From Eledone cirrhosa (lineage: Eukaryota), in contig OZ024742.1 in assembly GCA_964016885.1 (NCBI GenBank), positions 170,500,001 to 170,564,000 on the forward strand: a stretch of DNA of 64,000 nt, given 5' to 3'. Made by a program: the position numbers and the translations under genes. Below, one piece after another: positions 41,977 through 54,970 of this stretch. The notes under the pieces are model-generated. The model ran no database searches. It saw nothing but the letters and a program-made list of their open reading frames with translations, and had not been told where the DNA came from. Each line of letters begins with the position of its first letter. The stretch's first letter is position 1.

Positions 41977-42831
41977 ATGTACACGTACATACATATATGT
42001 ATACAGACGTACAGTAGTATGTATATATATATATACATACATGCACACATATATATATGTACGTATGGATTCACCGAACATTTATTATAACGCTCGGTGT
42101 GTTTGTAAACAAACATCCCGTATTAAGCCGTAGTGTCTAGCAACCATCGCTGCTCGTTTGTTCAACACTGACAAAGGAACGCTGTACTAGTTTCAAGCTT
42201 ATTAGCTATCGTCAGCAACGTATACTTTCCTGCCAGATTGTTGAACGTATATACTTACCTTATGCATATTAACGGCTGAGTAGCCCAATTTGCATATCGA
42301 CTGGGTTAATCGGCCGGGTGCACCGAAAACGATAAACGGAAAAAATGAAACGAAATTTCATTTCCCACTCTTAGTACGTCTGTATACATATATGTATGTA
42401 CGTGTGCATACTTATATTTAAGTAACAGCCGTACTAAGAGTGGGAAATGAAATTTCGTTTCATTTTTTCCGTTTATCCTTTTCGGTGCACCCGGCCGATT
42501 AACCCAGTCGATATGCAAATTGGGCTACTCAGCCGTTAATATGCATAAGGTAAGTATATACGTTCAACAATCTGGCAGGAAGGTATACGTTGCTGACGAT
42601 AGCTAATAAGCTTGAAACTAGTACAGCGTTCCTTTGTCAGTGTTGAACAAACGAGCAGCGATGGTTGCTAGACACTACGGCTTAATACGGGATGTTTGTT
42701 TACAAACACACCGAGCGTTATAATAAATGTTCGGTGAATCCATACGTACATATATATATGTGTGCATGTATGTATATATATATACATACTACTGTACGTC
42801 TGTATACATATATGTATGTACGTGTACATAC
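41977..42831. mobile_element. ~400-bp-arm palindrome with two opposed minimal HHRs (family H; - 42180-42220, + 42588-42628)
   Basis: cgttg CTGACGA t agct aata agct t GAAA ctag TA cagcg; arms nearly perfect. Confidence 0.85.
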
Positions 42832-43029
42832 GTGTACATACTTATATATATATATATATATATATATATGAAGTAATTCCGTCGGAAAAGTCCAGGAAAA
42901 AAGAGTGGTCTATGTAGGTAACAGAGCTTAATAGTTATGTAATAAACAACATAAGGCAATTATTCCATTTACCAGTGGTTTCTTAAAAGCAAAAAATTTT
43001 GCTTTCAATCATCATGTATATATATATAT

Positions 43030-44155
43030 ATATTGTTATACTTGGGGAGGGTCATATTGTTGTAATAAGAAATAATAAGAGAACACACTCATTGTTTGGT
43101 TGGTTTTCGCTTCTGTATCTTTTATATCAGTTAATTCATTTGGTCCTCAATGACTGACCAATGGTAAAAAAATACAGATATAATATAGATATAAACACAT
43201 ATATATAGTCTAACAAAGTTCTTTCGTTGCACATCTGCAACATCATCAGTGGTACTATTATGTTCCTCCTGTTGTATTGTATGTCTACGCCATTTTTATT
43301 TTATCCGTTTATTTATTTATTTATTTTTGTCTTCTTCTCTGCGCATGCGTTTGCGTGTGTGTATAGTGTTTGGTGTGTGTTCGCGTTTGGGTGACTGTGT
43401 TTTGGTTATTGTATTCTATCTTAGTTTACTAGTGTGTGTTTATGTGTTTGTTGTTATTGTGCTTGTGTATATATTTATTTATTTATTTATTTATTTATAT
43501 TTCTCTTAAGTCAGTATTGTTGTTATTCCATTCATTTTTTCTCTTTAGCTTTGGCCATCTAAGCTCTATTTGGCTTGCCTCTCTGATTTGCCTACCTGCT
43601 GGGTCATTTCTATGTTTAGATATTATTTTAATTTCTATGCTGTCTATGAACCGTTTTTTCGTCCTTTTAATTCGCCCCAATGGTGGTCTATCCTTTCTCC
43701 TATGCTTCGAGCTGTCTCACCTATGTATGTTGTACCTATGTATGCTATACATCTTATGCTATAGACTACGTTTCTAGTTTTACAGTTTATCTGGCGGTTT
43801 ACTTTACATATAACACATTTCCTATTAGTAGAGTGGGTTTTCTTAAAAGGGTATGTTTTGCTGATCAGGGATTTTATGGTAGTTCCTGGCTTTTCTACCA
43901 CTTTAATTTTTAAGTAGGTCTTTCTCAGGGCTTTTCTACACTGGTTAGCTAATTTCCTTCCAGGGGTAGCGTCCACGAACATGACACTCTGGTATCTTTA
44001 GTTATCGTACCATGAGGTGGCTTTCTCTATCTTATGTTTAGTCCTATCTAAGTTATTCCATGATTTTCTCCTATATAATGGGCAAATTTCTTTCATGCCC
44101 AGTTCTATGAGGGTCTTATACTTCTCCGTGGCTCCTTTGTCAAAAACCTCGTAAA
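43030..44155 (-). mobile_element. Second Penelope-like family: GIY-YIG fragment plus 3' HHR (family G, 43212-43253)
   Basis: ORF 43644-43982 has C.ICK...CKTRNVVYSIRC...YIGETARSIGERI..H; rc HHR acca CTGATGA t gttgca gatg tgcaac GAAA gaac TT tgtt. Confidence 0.8.
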
Positions 44156-44195
<40 letters not shown>

Positions 44196-44261
44196 TATAT
44201 ACATTGCTGCAGTCTCGGTTACCCATTCTGTATATATACAGATATATACCTTTTATATATA

Positions 44262-47200
44262 TCTAATATATAAAGTGAAGTTGGGCGTTGTTTGTTTGTT
44301 TGGTTTCCCGAACTTGCAGGCTACACCGTCCATCTGATTTTCATGAAACTTGACACATATATAAAACTCGACCCGTAGATTGGAATAGGCTACATTAAAT
44401 TTTCGAAAAATCGATAATCGGACCTCCAGAGGCAAAAATCGATATTTTCAGAATTCGTCCGATTTCAATGAAATTTGATATTTCCACAATAATAAATCCA
44501 TTAGGAGTTACTCCAAGGCTGCAAAAATTCAGAAAGTTTTTTAAAACTCATAAATCATGCGTTAAATGAGACCTTTAAGAGTTAGGGTAGACAATTATTC
44601 ATAGTTTAATTATCAATGGCGCAATATCTTCTACCCTGGGCCAATTCTCCATGCAGAACCTTAAAGCATCCCTTCGCGCACGCCATTATCTATCAGCTTC
44701 ATTGAGCATCACCATCCGGCAACCGAAAAACGCCATTCTTCTTGCTTCCATTTGTCGCGACTCCCGCCATGCAAAAAACGTTCAATCTATCAGGATTATC
44801 CACCGTAAGTCTCTTTAAATTAACGCTCACCATATTCAGCAAACCTTTTATGCCGATTCTTCCATTTCTTATATAAGGACTATCAAGACTATACCGCCGC
44901 GCATCATCCTGTATTGCGCCCAGTCTTCTCAACCGATCATCGAGCCTCCATGCGCTCTCTTCATTGCCGTGGTCCCACTACCGTAGCACAATGAGGCATC
45001 CGTCAAACCCTGCCCTCCCCCTTCCCTGCACACCGCCGACCCACTGCATCGTTGTGCATCACCATGCACATCTCTGCCCTGTCAGCCGCAATTCATTCCC
45101 CGGCCCTTTCCATTGCCTGCCCTCCGTGGTCCCTAAGGACTGCCACGGCTCAACATGCCGAATCCCTGCCACCGTCCACCCCTGCCCATTTCCATTGCCT
45201 ACACTCCGTGAGAGCTCAAGACTTCCATGCCTGACCAAGCCGCATCCCTGCCACCGTCAACCCCTGCCCTCTCCCTTCCCTGCACGCCGTCGTCCCACTG
45301 CATCATCATGCCTCACCATGCCGCATTACTGCCCTGTCGGCCACCATCCCCTCCTCAGCCCTTTCTTTTGCCTGCCCGCCGTGCTTCTGCCTTGCACACG
45401 GTTTTTTCAAACAATCATCGTGCCTCCCGGTGCTCTCTACATTCCCGAGATGCAACTCAATTGGCATGCTGCATACACACCCTGTCAGCTGCCATGCACC
45501 CTGCCCTTTCGTCATGCCTCATCATGTTGCGTCCCTGCCCTGTCAGCCGCCATTCACTCTCCGACCCTTTCCACTGCCTAGGCATAGCAGTCTTGAGGGA
45601 CCAAGTCGCATCCCTGCCACCGTAAACCACTGCCCTCTGCGTTCCCTGCACGCCGTCGTCCCACTGCATCGTCATGCATCACCATGCCGCATCAATGTTC
45701 TGTCAGCCGCCATCGCCTCCTCGACCCTTTCTTTTACCTGCCCGCAGTGCTCCTTCAAGACTGCCATGGCTCACCACATGGCATCCTTGCCACCGTCCAC
45801 CCCTGCCCTCTTCCTTGCCTGCTGGCCGTCGTCCCACTGCATCGTCATGCCTTAGGATTCCGCATCCATGCACTGTCAGCCACCATCTCCTCCTCGGCCC
45901 TTTCTTTTACCTGACCGCCGTGCTCCTTCAAGTCTCCCATGGCTATCTATGGTGCATCAATTCCTTGCCACCCGCTTAAACGTCATCAGCATAGCTTATT
46001 GTTGCCCCATTTGACCACCGATTTTCGCAGGCTAAACACAATACCAACGTGCACGATAGTCTATGGTAAATCTTTTTAATTACATGTTCATCATGCTAAG
46101 CAAAGGATGAATAGCAACTCTTTCATTTCTTCTGCCATGCCTTTCTGTCAATTATGGCCGAGAAGCCTCCTGTGTAGCATCGCGTCTTTTCAAGCGATCA
46201 GCGTGCCTTCCATTGTCCTCACAATTGACTCACAACGCCGCATCTATTCCCTGCGACGCCCCTAAACATCATCAGCATGGCTTATTATTCTGCCGCGTTT
46301 AACCGGCCCTCATTCTAGGCCATACACAACAAAACCGCACGATGATGCTGCGTAAGTCTATTTAAATTAATGGTCTACATGTTCAGCAAAACAATTGTAC
46401 CAATTCTTCCTCTTCTCCTCCAAGGCCTATCCATTACATTTTAGAGGTCGGGATTCGCAATTTCTACGATTTCAATATTGACACAACAGTCCGTCAGGCT
46501 TTTCGGCACATCTTGCTCCGATAGGAATATCAAAGGGATTTTCACTTAATTCGTAAGTGTTCAGTCTTCCGTATGCTTTTATTTTTTATTGATACAACAC
46601 CGACTACAATCATCTAACTTCACTTTGTAGGCTAGACGCGAATCGCAAGGAAAACAATCCTCTGATATACAACCCCACCAAATTTGTTGGTCTACCTAGA
46701 TTTTAACGGCCTTTTCTTTTGTACGGTTGTACATTTGACAATGTCGCAAAACATTATTCCACTTCATTCCTACCTTTCAGCTATGAATTGGGCAGTGCCT
46801 TAAAATCCCGGTTTATTTGCGTACAATTTTTGGGTATCTTATGAATGGGGAATCGAAAACCCTTTTTCTCATAACCTGATACATGCGTTACACATGCTCC
46901 ATGGATGTTTGTGGACTATTTTTTCAAAATATCAATATCACAGATTGGAGCACAAAAAGAAACGTTTGTTCTTCATTTATTTCGGTTCAAGCATCCTGCT
47001 GGAATTTAGCGCAGACCCGTTTAAATCCAGCGCCTTATAACCCCGAGTGTAACCGGGTACACCAGCTAGAAAGACAAATGGAAACATTGTTTACTCGGTC
47101 CGATTTGACGAAAGTCAATTTAGATCCACAACAAATTAACAAACCATACTTGAAGACACGTTGAGGCTGTTGCAAAGGGCAATAACCCTAGACACAATTT

Positions 47201-47773
47201 TGATCAACTTTTTTTCACCTATAGCAAATTTACCGGGACAGGTTTTTAGCTACTCAAATCTACTTCAGAGGTCACGCATTCATGTAAAAAATCAATAAAA
47301 CTGAGCGGGGGTTCGACTTTGCGCAAAAAACAAGGCAAAGTTGCACATGGGAAAACTTTTTACAGGAACGTCCGATTTTCTTGAAAACTGTCGCAAAAGA
47401 CTCGCCATTATGCCGCAGTTCAGATAAAGTCCCTTTTATTTCTTCTTCTGCACATGTGAGGGCGAAAACTGAAAAAAAAAAAAACTGTGAAAAATCGACT
47501 TTTTCACCCTGCTTTAAAAATCAACTGAAAATTCAATTTGAAGTGAATTTGACTTCCGTCAGTCGTGCAAAGAACAATTTAAACGATACACTGTGTATCT
47601 ACATTTGATCCATTATTTATGCTCAATTACACACCTGCGTCTACTAACCTCTGTTTTTTTTCCGTGAGGTTCGAAGGTTTTTGCACCGTTGATGCGCGGG
47701 AAGTAACTTTCACACATTTTAACAACAGTGCAAAGGTTGACTTACACCCGGGCAACGCCGGGTACTTCTGCTA

Positions 47774-47774
<1 letters not shown>
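44262..47774 (+). mobile_element. 3.5-kb non-autonomous Helitron with internal C-rich minisatellite (44960-45975)
   Basis: 5' A|TCTAATATATAAAG; 3' CCCGGGCAACGCCGGGTACTTCTGCTAG|T. Confidence 0.75.
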
Positions 47775-47819
<45 letters not shown>

Positions 47820-48188
47820 ATTCATATGATTTTGTCATTACAGCTCACTCCTATACAGGTTTAGCTGGCCTCTTACGAGGTTGTATCACAAGGGAAGTTT
47901 CTCGGGTATTTTAACGGTAGGGAGTACTAGTCAAATCATGAAAAGCAGCGAGAGATGAAGTCTCTTGCTCAAGAATTCAACGAACCGCCTCGTACAAAAA
48001 TCGAACCAAAGACCTTATGATTATGATTTCACCAACCTAACAAAAATGAAATTTACTTTTTACACCTATGCAAATTTCCCATCTCATGGGAAGATTCTTG
48101 AGTGATTTAATGCTAGGAGCCCAGACTTATCATATCATCATCACTACCACCCCACCAACACCACTATCTTACGCCCCCTCCTCCTGAC

Positions 48189-48226
<38 letters not shown>

Positions 48227-48501
48227 CCATCACCATCACCATACTCATCACCATAATCAAAATGATATATTTTGTATCTTTATTTATTCTACATTCATTT
48301 CTTTCCTAATATTATGCCACATGTATCTCTTGACTTTCAGTTTTATCCTCAATATTTCAGAGAAAGGAATTTAGAATTTGTCATAATTTTATATAGAAAT
48401 ATTTTTCACTTGTTAAATGTAAATGACATATAGTTTAGTGTCCCCACTCGAAGTGTTACTTTACAATATTTTGAATCGTCATGAGACATTTGAGTTTTAT
48501 C

Positions 48502-48816
48502 CTACACACCCACTGCGTGTAGGCAGCGGCTGCTGAGGCGGTGACCCGTCACGTCCACGCGCCCACTTTCGATGAGGGGGTTTGCTGTGGATGGGACGAT
48601 CACTGCGGCGGTGGCCGCCGGCAACGTCATCTCGGCTACGGCTATCCCGTCCAGTACGAGAGGAACCACGGATTTAGAGTAACGGTTTGCATGCTCACTC
48701 GATAGAGCGGTGGTATCAGGCTGCCTCTGAGCGATAACAACTGAACGCCTCAAAGCCGGAACCGTAGCCGGACCAAAGTTGTTTTTCGAAAGCGTATCAT
48801 CCTTCTTAAGGCGCAT
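48502..48816 (-). CDS. Candidate host exon/ORF of unknown product in a GC-rich unique island
   Basis: 104-aa ATG ORF in non-repetitive, CpG-rich sequence unlike its surroundings; no recognisable domain. Confidence 0.3.
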   Translation of the reverse strand: MRLKKDDTLSKNNFGPATVPALRRSVVIAQRQPDTTALSSEHANRYSKSVVPLVLDGIAVAEMTLPAATAAVIVPSTANPLIESGRVDVTGHRLSSRCLHAVGV

Positions 48817-49900
48817 GCCTCAGTTTGGCGATTACTGTTCGTTCGACGGTGCCCTCTTCGGACGTGTGGTGTCCTGGGGCAACGCCAGCGGAATTTCCAT
48901 TCTCGGATGGCGACAAATTCTAGAGGTTGTGGTATATCCAATGAATTATTTGCGGAAATGTTCTACTGTTTCAGTTAAATGCAAGACGGAAGGTTAAAAA
49001 ATGGGTTGGATGAGTTGCCAATACCCAACCACCAGTAAATTATCTGATAAATGAAAATAATCATGCCGAGTAATCGCGGTGCGCGCACACACAGATTTCT
49101 TAAATTGTAGTTAGAGTAAATTGTTTTTAGATGCTAAGATTTTTCTATTGAATATTATACTCCAAATTTTGTAAAATGATAATTCTAATCTAGAATATCA
49201 TTGATGAGCTAGATATGCCACAAAAAATATGTATATATATAAATATATATATATATATATGGTCACTTCATGACTACATAGCAACGATTTCGCTCTGATT
49301 CGCGTTTTCACACCTGTTTTTATTGAGCAAGTGCCGTGAGCGACATGATCGGAAACAATAGCGGATACTTCTATGCATTTAGCAATGTATTGTTCTAAAT
49401 TCCAAATACATTTTACTGCCAATGATTTGATTTGATTAGTTGAGTGCTTTGCTGGTCGAGAGTTTTATTTTTAGCATCTTCACGCACATTTTATCTTAAC
49501 AGCCTCTAAAATTTATAGTAGCTATATCTGTGGAAAAAACTCGGACTTTTGTTTGTTTGTTCTTCTGACTAGTCCGCTGATAAGATCGCTGCCAGGTCCT
49601 AAATGTTAATTAGCAATTTTTTTTATTTGCAATTAACATTATTTTGGCAGTGTAGAAACCGTACGGTTCGGGCGTTTCAAATATAAGTTTTGTAACGTTT
49701 CTATTGTTGAATTTTTAAAATTTCCTTTATATTCTATTTGGGTATGGTTGCTTCACGACTGTATCGCAGAGTTTGCTCTCATTCGGTTATTCACACCTAT
49801 TATTATTCAGGAAGTTCCGTGAGCCACATGGTAGAAACAACAGTGGATGCTTGTATGCATTTAGTATTGCATCGATCTAAATTACTTTTATATATATATA

Positions 49901-51066
49901 CTAGCAGTGTATCCTGGCGTTGCACGGGTAAGAACATTGGTAATAGCACCTCTAATGAGAAAAGTTAATTTGTGAGTGCCTGTTAAAAACTCACGCAAAT
50001 ATACCGACAGGAAACTTGTTTTATTTGGAGAAAATTAAGAAGTTGAAAGTAGTTTAGCTGTCTATGTGCATTGTTCATAGAAATATTGTTGAGCCCCTTC
50101 TTTTCATACTCTTCTGTTTTGGCCTCTTGGAGTAAATGTGAAAGGGAAAGTCACAGGTTAAGTTGGCAGAAGGTTCCAGTGTCATAGCAGTAAGGCGTAG
50201 GCTACTTACCTCAAAAGTTCATTCGCACTCTTTCCACTAAGTTACTCTTTCTCTCTATCCCTCTCGGTGCAGTCCCTGGCGAATTTCTCGCGTAGGTCTG
50301 GTGTAGATTTGCATCCGATCCATCTACCCGATGCACATGTCCGCTTTGTACGGCTTTTGGAGGGAGGAGTGACCAGCAGTACGTTGTTCGGTATTATTAC
50401 GAAAAGGTGTAGCAGAGAATCTCGCGTGAACTAACAGCTCGGGAGGAAACTGTTTACCTCGAAGATCCATTCGCCATCGTTCTTGTCAACGATCCGTTTA
50501 GTTGGTATTTGTTGGTCTACAGTTAGATGAATGGCGCAGAAAGGGTTAATGTTTATTGGCAAGAAGTGGCAACTGGGCTGGCTTGCCTCGCTTATATTAT
50601 ATATTAAAATAACAGATTAAAGTTTAAGCAAAGAATCGCTGCTTTCACTCTTAACGGGATCTTCTGAAACTAAAAAAATCAATCTGTGAACGCAGAAGTA
50701 AATATTTCGAAAAGTGTTGCAACCGAAGGAAAACAGGAAGACGATACTTTGGTTCGTGAAGACGTTGCATGGCAATGAACGGAAAATGTTTGTCATAATG
50801 TCGTAATGCAGACAGACAGGCATACAGACAGATATTATAAGGGCGCGACGGAGATGGATAACCGGCGCTTAACACCTCTTTAACAACAGAAAATTGAAAA
50901 ATAAAAGCTGCAGTTAATATCTTTAGACCGCAAGGAATATATAAATGCAAGTTTGAAGTCAATCGGAGTAGGAATGTGGATTTGTATAGACAGACTTTGC
51001 AAAAATTAGGACACACACACACACAGAGACAACTACAGTTTTATATATATATATATGTATAGATAG
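49901..51066 (-). mobile_element. Non-autonomous Helitron (minus) containing a Penelope 3' fragment with family B HHR (50621-50671)
   Basis: CTAGCAGTGTATCCTGGCGTTGCACGGG is the reverse complement of a Helitron 3' end; 5'-type TCTA..TATAAAA end near 51040-51066. Confidence 0.65.
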
Positions 51067-51202
51067 ATAAATATGAAAAAATTCAGGACTCCGAGGACTG
51101 ACCCCGGCCGTTTTGACAGCTAGATCCAAGTATCCAAGTATCGAGTACTCTGGTGAGTAATGGTCTAGCTGGTTTTACCCCCTCTAATCTGATATATATA
51201 TA

Positions 51203-51337
51203 AGTTATTCCGGGTTGAATCGGAGGTAACCACAGTAAGTAAGGTACTCAATACAGAGCAAAGTATAAATGTTTTAATATAGAAGAGCTTCAACAGGACT
51301 AGAACTGTTTCATTCGTGAGAAATCACCAGGAAGCTC

Positions 51338-51341
<4 letters not shown>
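51203..51341 (-). mobile_element. Solo HHR family F unit (HHR 51285-51337)
   Basis: rc: gagcttc CTGGTGA tttc tcac gaat GAAA cag ttctagtc ctg TT gaagctc. Confidence 0.75.
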
Positions 51342-51402
<61 letters not shown>

Positions 51403-51645
51403 TTATTCTTTTAATATCCAATTGAGTTCTTATACACGTGGTTAATACCTAACAGGTTTAAATGACCAGCGTGTATATTGTTTTACTTTAAGATGACCTC
51501 CCTTTACCCTTTTTGGGACAGCGTGTATTTTATCTTTGGGAGGACTGCTGGATTTTCTAATCTACCAGTCTCTTCTTAGCGCTGAGGGAGACCATCACCA
51601 TTCTATTAATGTCGATATAATTCTTATATCGATATTACTTGGGCA

Positions 51646-51769
51646 TCCACTGATGAGTTTATAAGAGTCCGCTTGTGTATAAAACTATGGATTATATACA
51701 AGTTTCTACATAAACTCGAAACTATTTATCCCAAATTGTAGAAATCTTATAACGAAACGGCCGTCTGGA
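51646..51769 (+). ncRNA. Type I hammerhead with branched, extended stem II (family E) in a ~550-bp (TA)n-flanked unit (51401-51951)
   Basis: tcca CTGATGA gtttataaga [two hairpins] tcttataac GAAA cggccg TC tgga. Confidence 0.8.
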
Positions 51770-51960
51770 AGGAAAGAGATATTTATTTAATAATGTCTCA
51801 TATAAAATAATACAACCAGCTATCCACGAAATACTGATTAGTTAGCACCCCAAACACTAAATTGGGATAATACTTAGGTATATCCTAATGTTTGTTGAGT
51901 GAGATGGAGTTGGTCGGAGTATCGCTTAAGGCTTTCTCTGTTTATGTATTGTATATATAT

Positions 51961-53448
51961 ATGTTGGTAGATATAGTAATTCTTTATAATTATCTCCTAA
52001 TTATTTTGTTGAGCAAAAATTTGCCAAAACTGCTACTATAGTTCATAGTAATGGTTCGGCTACTGGCTTTTTAACACCCCACTCCTCACTGATTACCCTC
52101 GATGTCACGTGATTGATTCTTTTGAATTTGCCACCGACCAAGTAGGGAGTGATTTTTTCAATGTCTTGGAATTTAGTCCACGCTTGCTTTTTTCCATCCA
52201 CTGAATTATTTTTGTATAAGTTCCCTGTGTCCACGCATCGCCTGGGAACTTAGCTGAGAACAGACTTCCTGATGACGAAAGGTTTTCTCGATGCGTTCCA
52301 TTCGGAAACCATGTTTATTCCCTTTCAGAAACTAATTAGTTGGAGTGAAATTTTAGTAAGTAAGTTAATTTTTATAATTTTCTTATTTTACGTCTTTCAT
52401 ATAATTGTTCTGCATCCCCTTGCATTGAACCACAAAGTTACTAAGACAAACCCTATACATTTGCTAGCATAGGTATGCATCTGTATATATATGTTGGTAG
52501 ATATACTAATTCTTTATAATTATCTCCAAATTATTTTGTTGAGCAAAATTTTTCCAAAACTGCAACTATAGTTCATAGTAATGGTTCGGCTACTGTCTTT
52601 TTAACACCTAACTCCTCACTGATTACCCTCGATGTCACGTGATTGATTCTTTTGAATTTGCCACCGACCAAGTAGGCAGTGATTTTTTCAATGTCGTGGA
52701 ATTTAGTCCACGCTTGCTTTTTTCCATCCACTGAATTATTTTTGTATAAGTTCCCCGTGTCCACGCATCGCCTGGGAACTTAGCTGAGAACAGACTTCCT
52801 GATGACGAAAGATTTTCTCCATACGTTCCATTCGGAAACCATGTTTATTCCCTTTCAGAAACTAATTAGTTTGAGTGAAATTTTAGTAAGTTAATTTTTA
52901 TAATTTTCTTATTTTACGTCTTTCATATAATTGTTCTGCATCCCCTTGCATTGAACCACAAAGTTACTAAGACAAACCCTATATATTTGCTAGCATAGGT
53001 ATGCATCTGTATATATATGTTGGTAGATATACTAATTCTTTATAATTATCTTCAAATTATTTTGTTGAGCAAAAATTTGCCAAAACTGCTACTATAGTTC
53101 ATAGTAATGATTCGGCTACTGTCTTTTTAACACCCAACTCCTCACTGATTACCCTCGATGTCACGTGATTGATTCTTTTGAATTTGCCACCGACCAAGTA
53201 GGGAGTGATTTTTTCAATGTCTTGGAATTTAGTCCATGCTTGCTTTTTTCCATCCACTGAATTATTTTTGTATAAGTTCCCTGTGTCCACGAATCGCCTG
53301 GGAACTTAGCTGAGAACAGACTTCCTGATGACGAAAGGTTTTCTCGATGCGTTCCATTCAGAAACCATGTTTATTCCCTTTCAGAAACTAATTAGTTGGA
53401 GTGAAATTTTAGTAAGTAAGTTAATTTTTATAATTTTCTTATTTTACG

Positions 53449-53453
<5 letters not shown>
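51961..53453 (+). repeat. Tandem array of ~528-bp units (about 2.8 copies), one HHR per unit (family D)
   Basis: HHRs at 52264-52346, 52794-52876, 53320-53402: acttc CTGATGA c gaaagg..cctttc a GAAA ctaattag TT ggagt. Confidence 0.88.
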
Positions 53454-53506
<53 letters not shown>

Positions 53507-53753
53507 GTGAGGTTTTTTTTTACAAAATGAAAAAAAAACGAGGTGTCCTACACGAGTGAAAGTATCAGGAAAAAAGATGAAATCGCAAATGTAACTAGAG
53601 TCTTTTTAAAAAAAAATCATATTTATTTGATTCCTTTACAGGTTTCGCAGTTCTTGTGCTTTTCAAAAGTAGAATTGAGATGGAGGGTTTGTGGTTTTTC
53701 TCACATGTGAGAAAAACGACAAACTAGTTGCATTTTCGATTTTATCTTTTCCC

Positions 53754-53824
<71 letters not shown>

Positions 53825-53829
53825 TATAT

Positions 53830-54219
<390 letters not shown>

Positions 54220-54220
54220 A

Positions 54221-54855
54221 ATATAGATTTAGCGAGAATCGCATTTCGGCGGGTAGAAAAGGCGAAACGAAACGCAAAAATAAGAAATAATGCTAGCAAG
54301 CGCTCCATAGTTAAAAAACCAGAGCTAAACAATATGTTAAGACGCCATACAAAACTGAAGTAGTGGTCAAGAAAGCATCAACCACCTAAGCCAAAAAGCA
54401 AATCAAGCTAAACAGGTCAAAACAAAATAATTGCTAAAAATAAACAGAGACCTGGACCCGTTGGAATTGATGTTAAAATCCAAATGCAGGGTTTCTATGA
54501 CACCTAAATCAAAATACTGTCTGCTTAAAATTATAAGCTTTAAGTATAATGATCGAACAAGGAATGTCACGTTATCAACAGGTATTTTGCTCTGTACCAA
54601 ATTTGTGAATGACACAGAGGCGCGTAAAAGCACATGTGGAATTCACAAGGGGAAAACCCCCAGATTTTGGCAAAGTATGTGTATACCATGCAACACATTG
54701 CATAAATAGCACACATCGAATAAGCTCTCGACCGGGTAGTTTTTAAAATAAACTTATACAATTAACCTGTCAATAAAAATTATTAACAAGTTAATTGTAA
54801 GACTCGGGAGATTAATACAAATATAGATTTAGCGAGAATCGCATTTCGGCGGGTA

Positions 54856-54858
<3 letters not shown>
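54221..54858. repeat. 600-bp (TA)n-flanked unit with 38-bp terminal direct repeat
   Basis: ATATAGATTTAGCGAGAATCGCATTTCGGCGGGTAGAA at 54221 and 54821. Confidence 0.8.
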
Positions 54859-54888
<30 letters not shown>

Positions 54889-54923
54889 TTATAAGAATCA
54901 AAGTTCTGTTCAAATCATTTATA

Positions 54924-54970
54924 TGCTTACAATTGTTTCCTCCAAACCGAGGTTTGGATTCTTCGGAGCA
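54924..54970 (-). ncRNA. Hammerhead-like motif with CCGAAGA core (family K)
   Basis: rc: tgct CCGAAGA a tccaaac ctcg gtttgga g GAAA caattg TA agca. Confidence 0.6.

Noticed and set aside
52043-53290. Three repeated 63-aa minus-strand ORFs (MDTGNLYK...)
   Set aside because: Start codon is GTG, no recognisable domain, and the repetition simply reflects the tandem unit; they are antisense to the HHR
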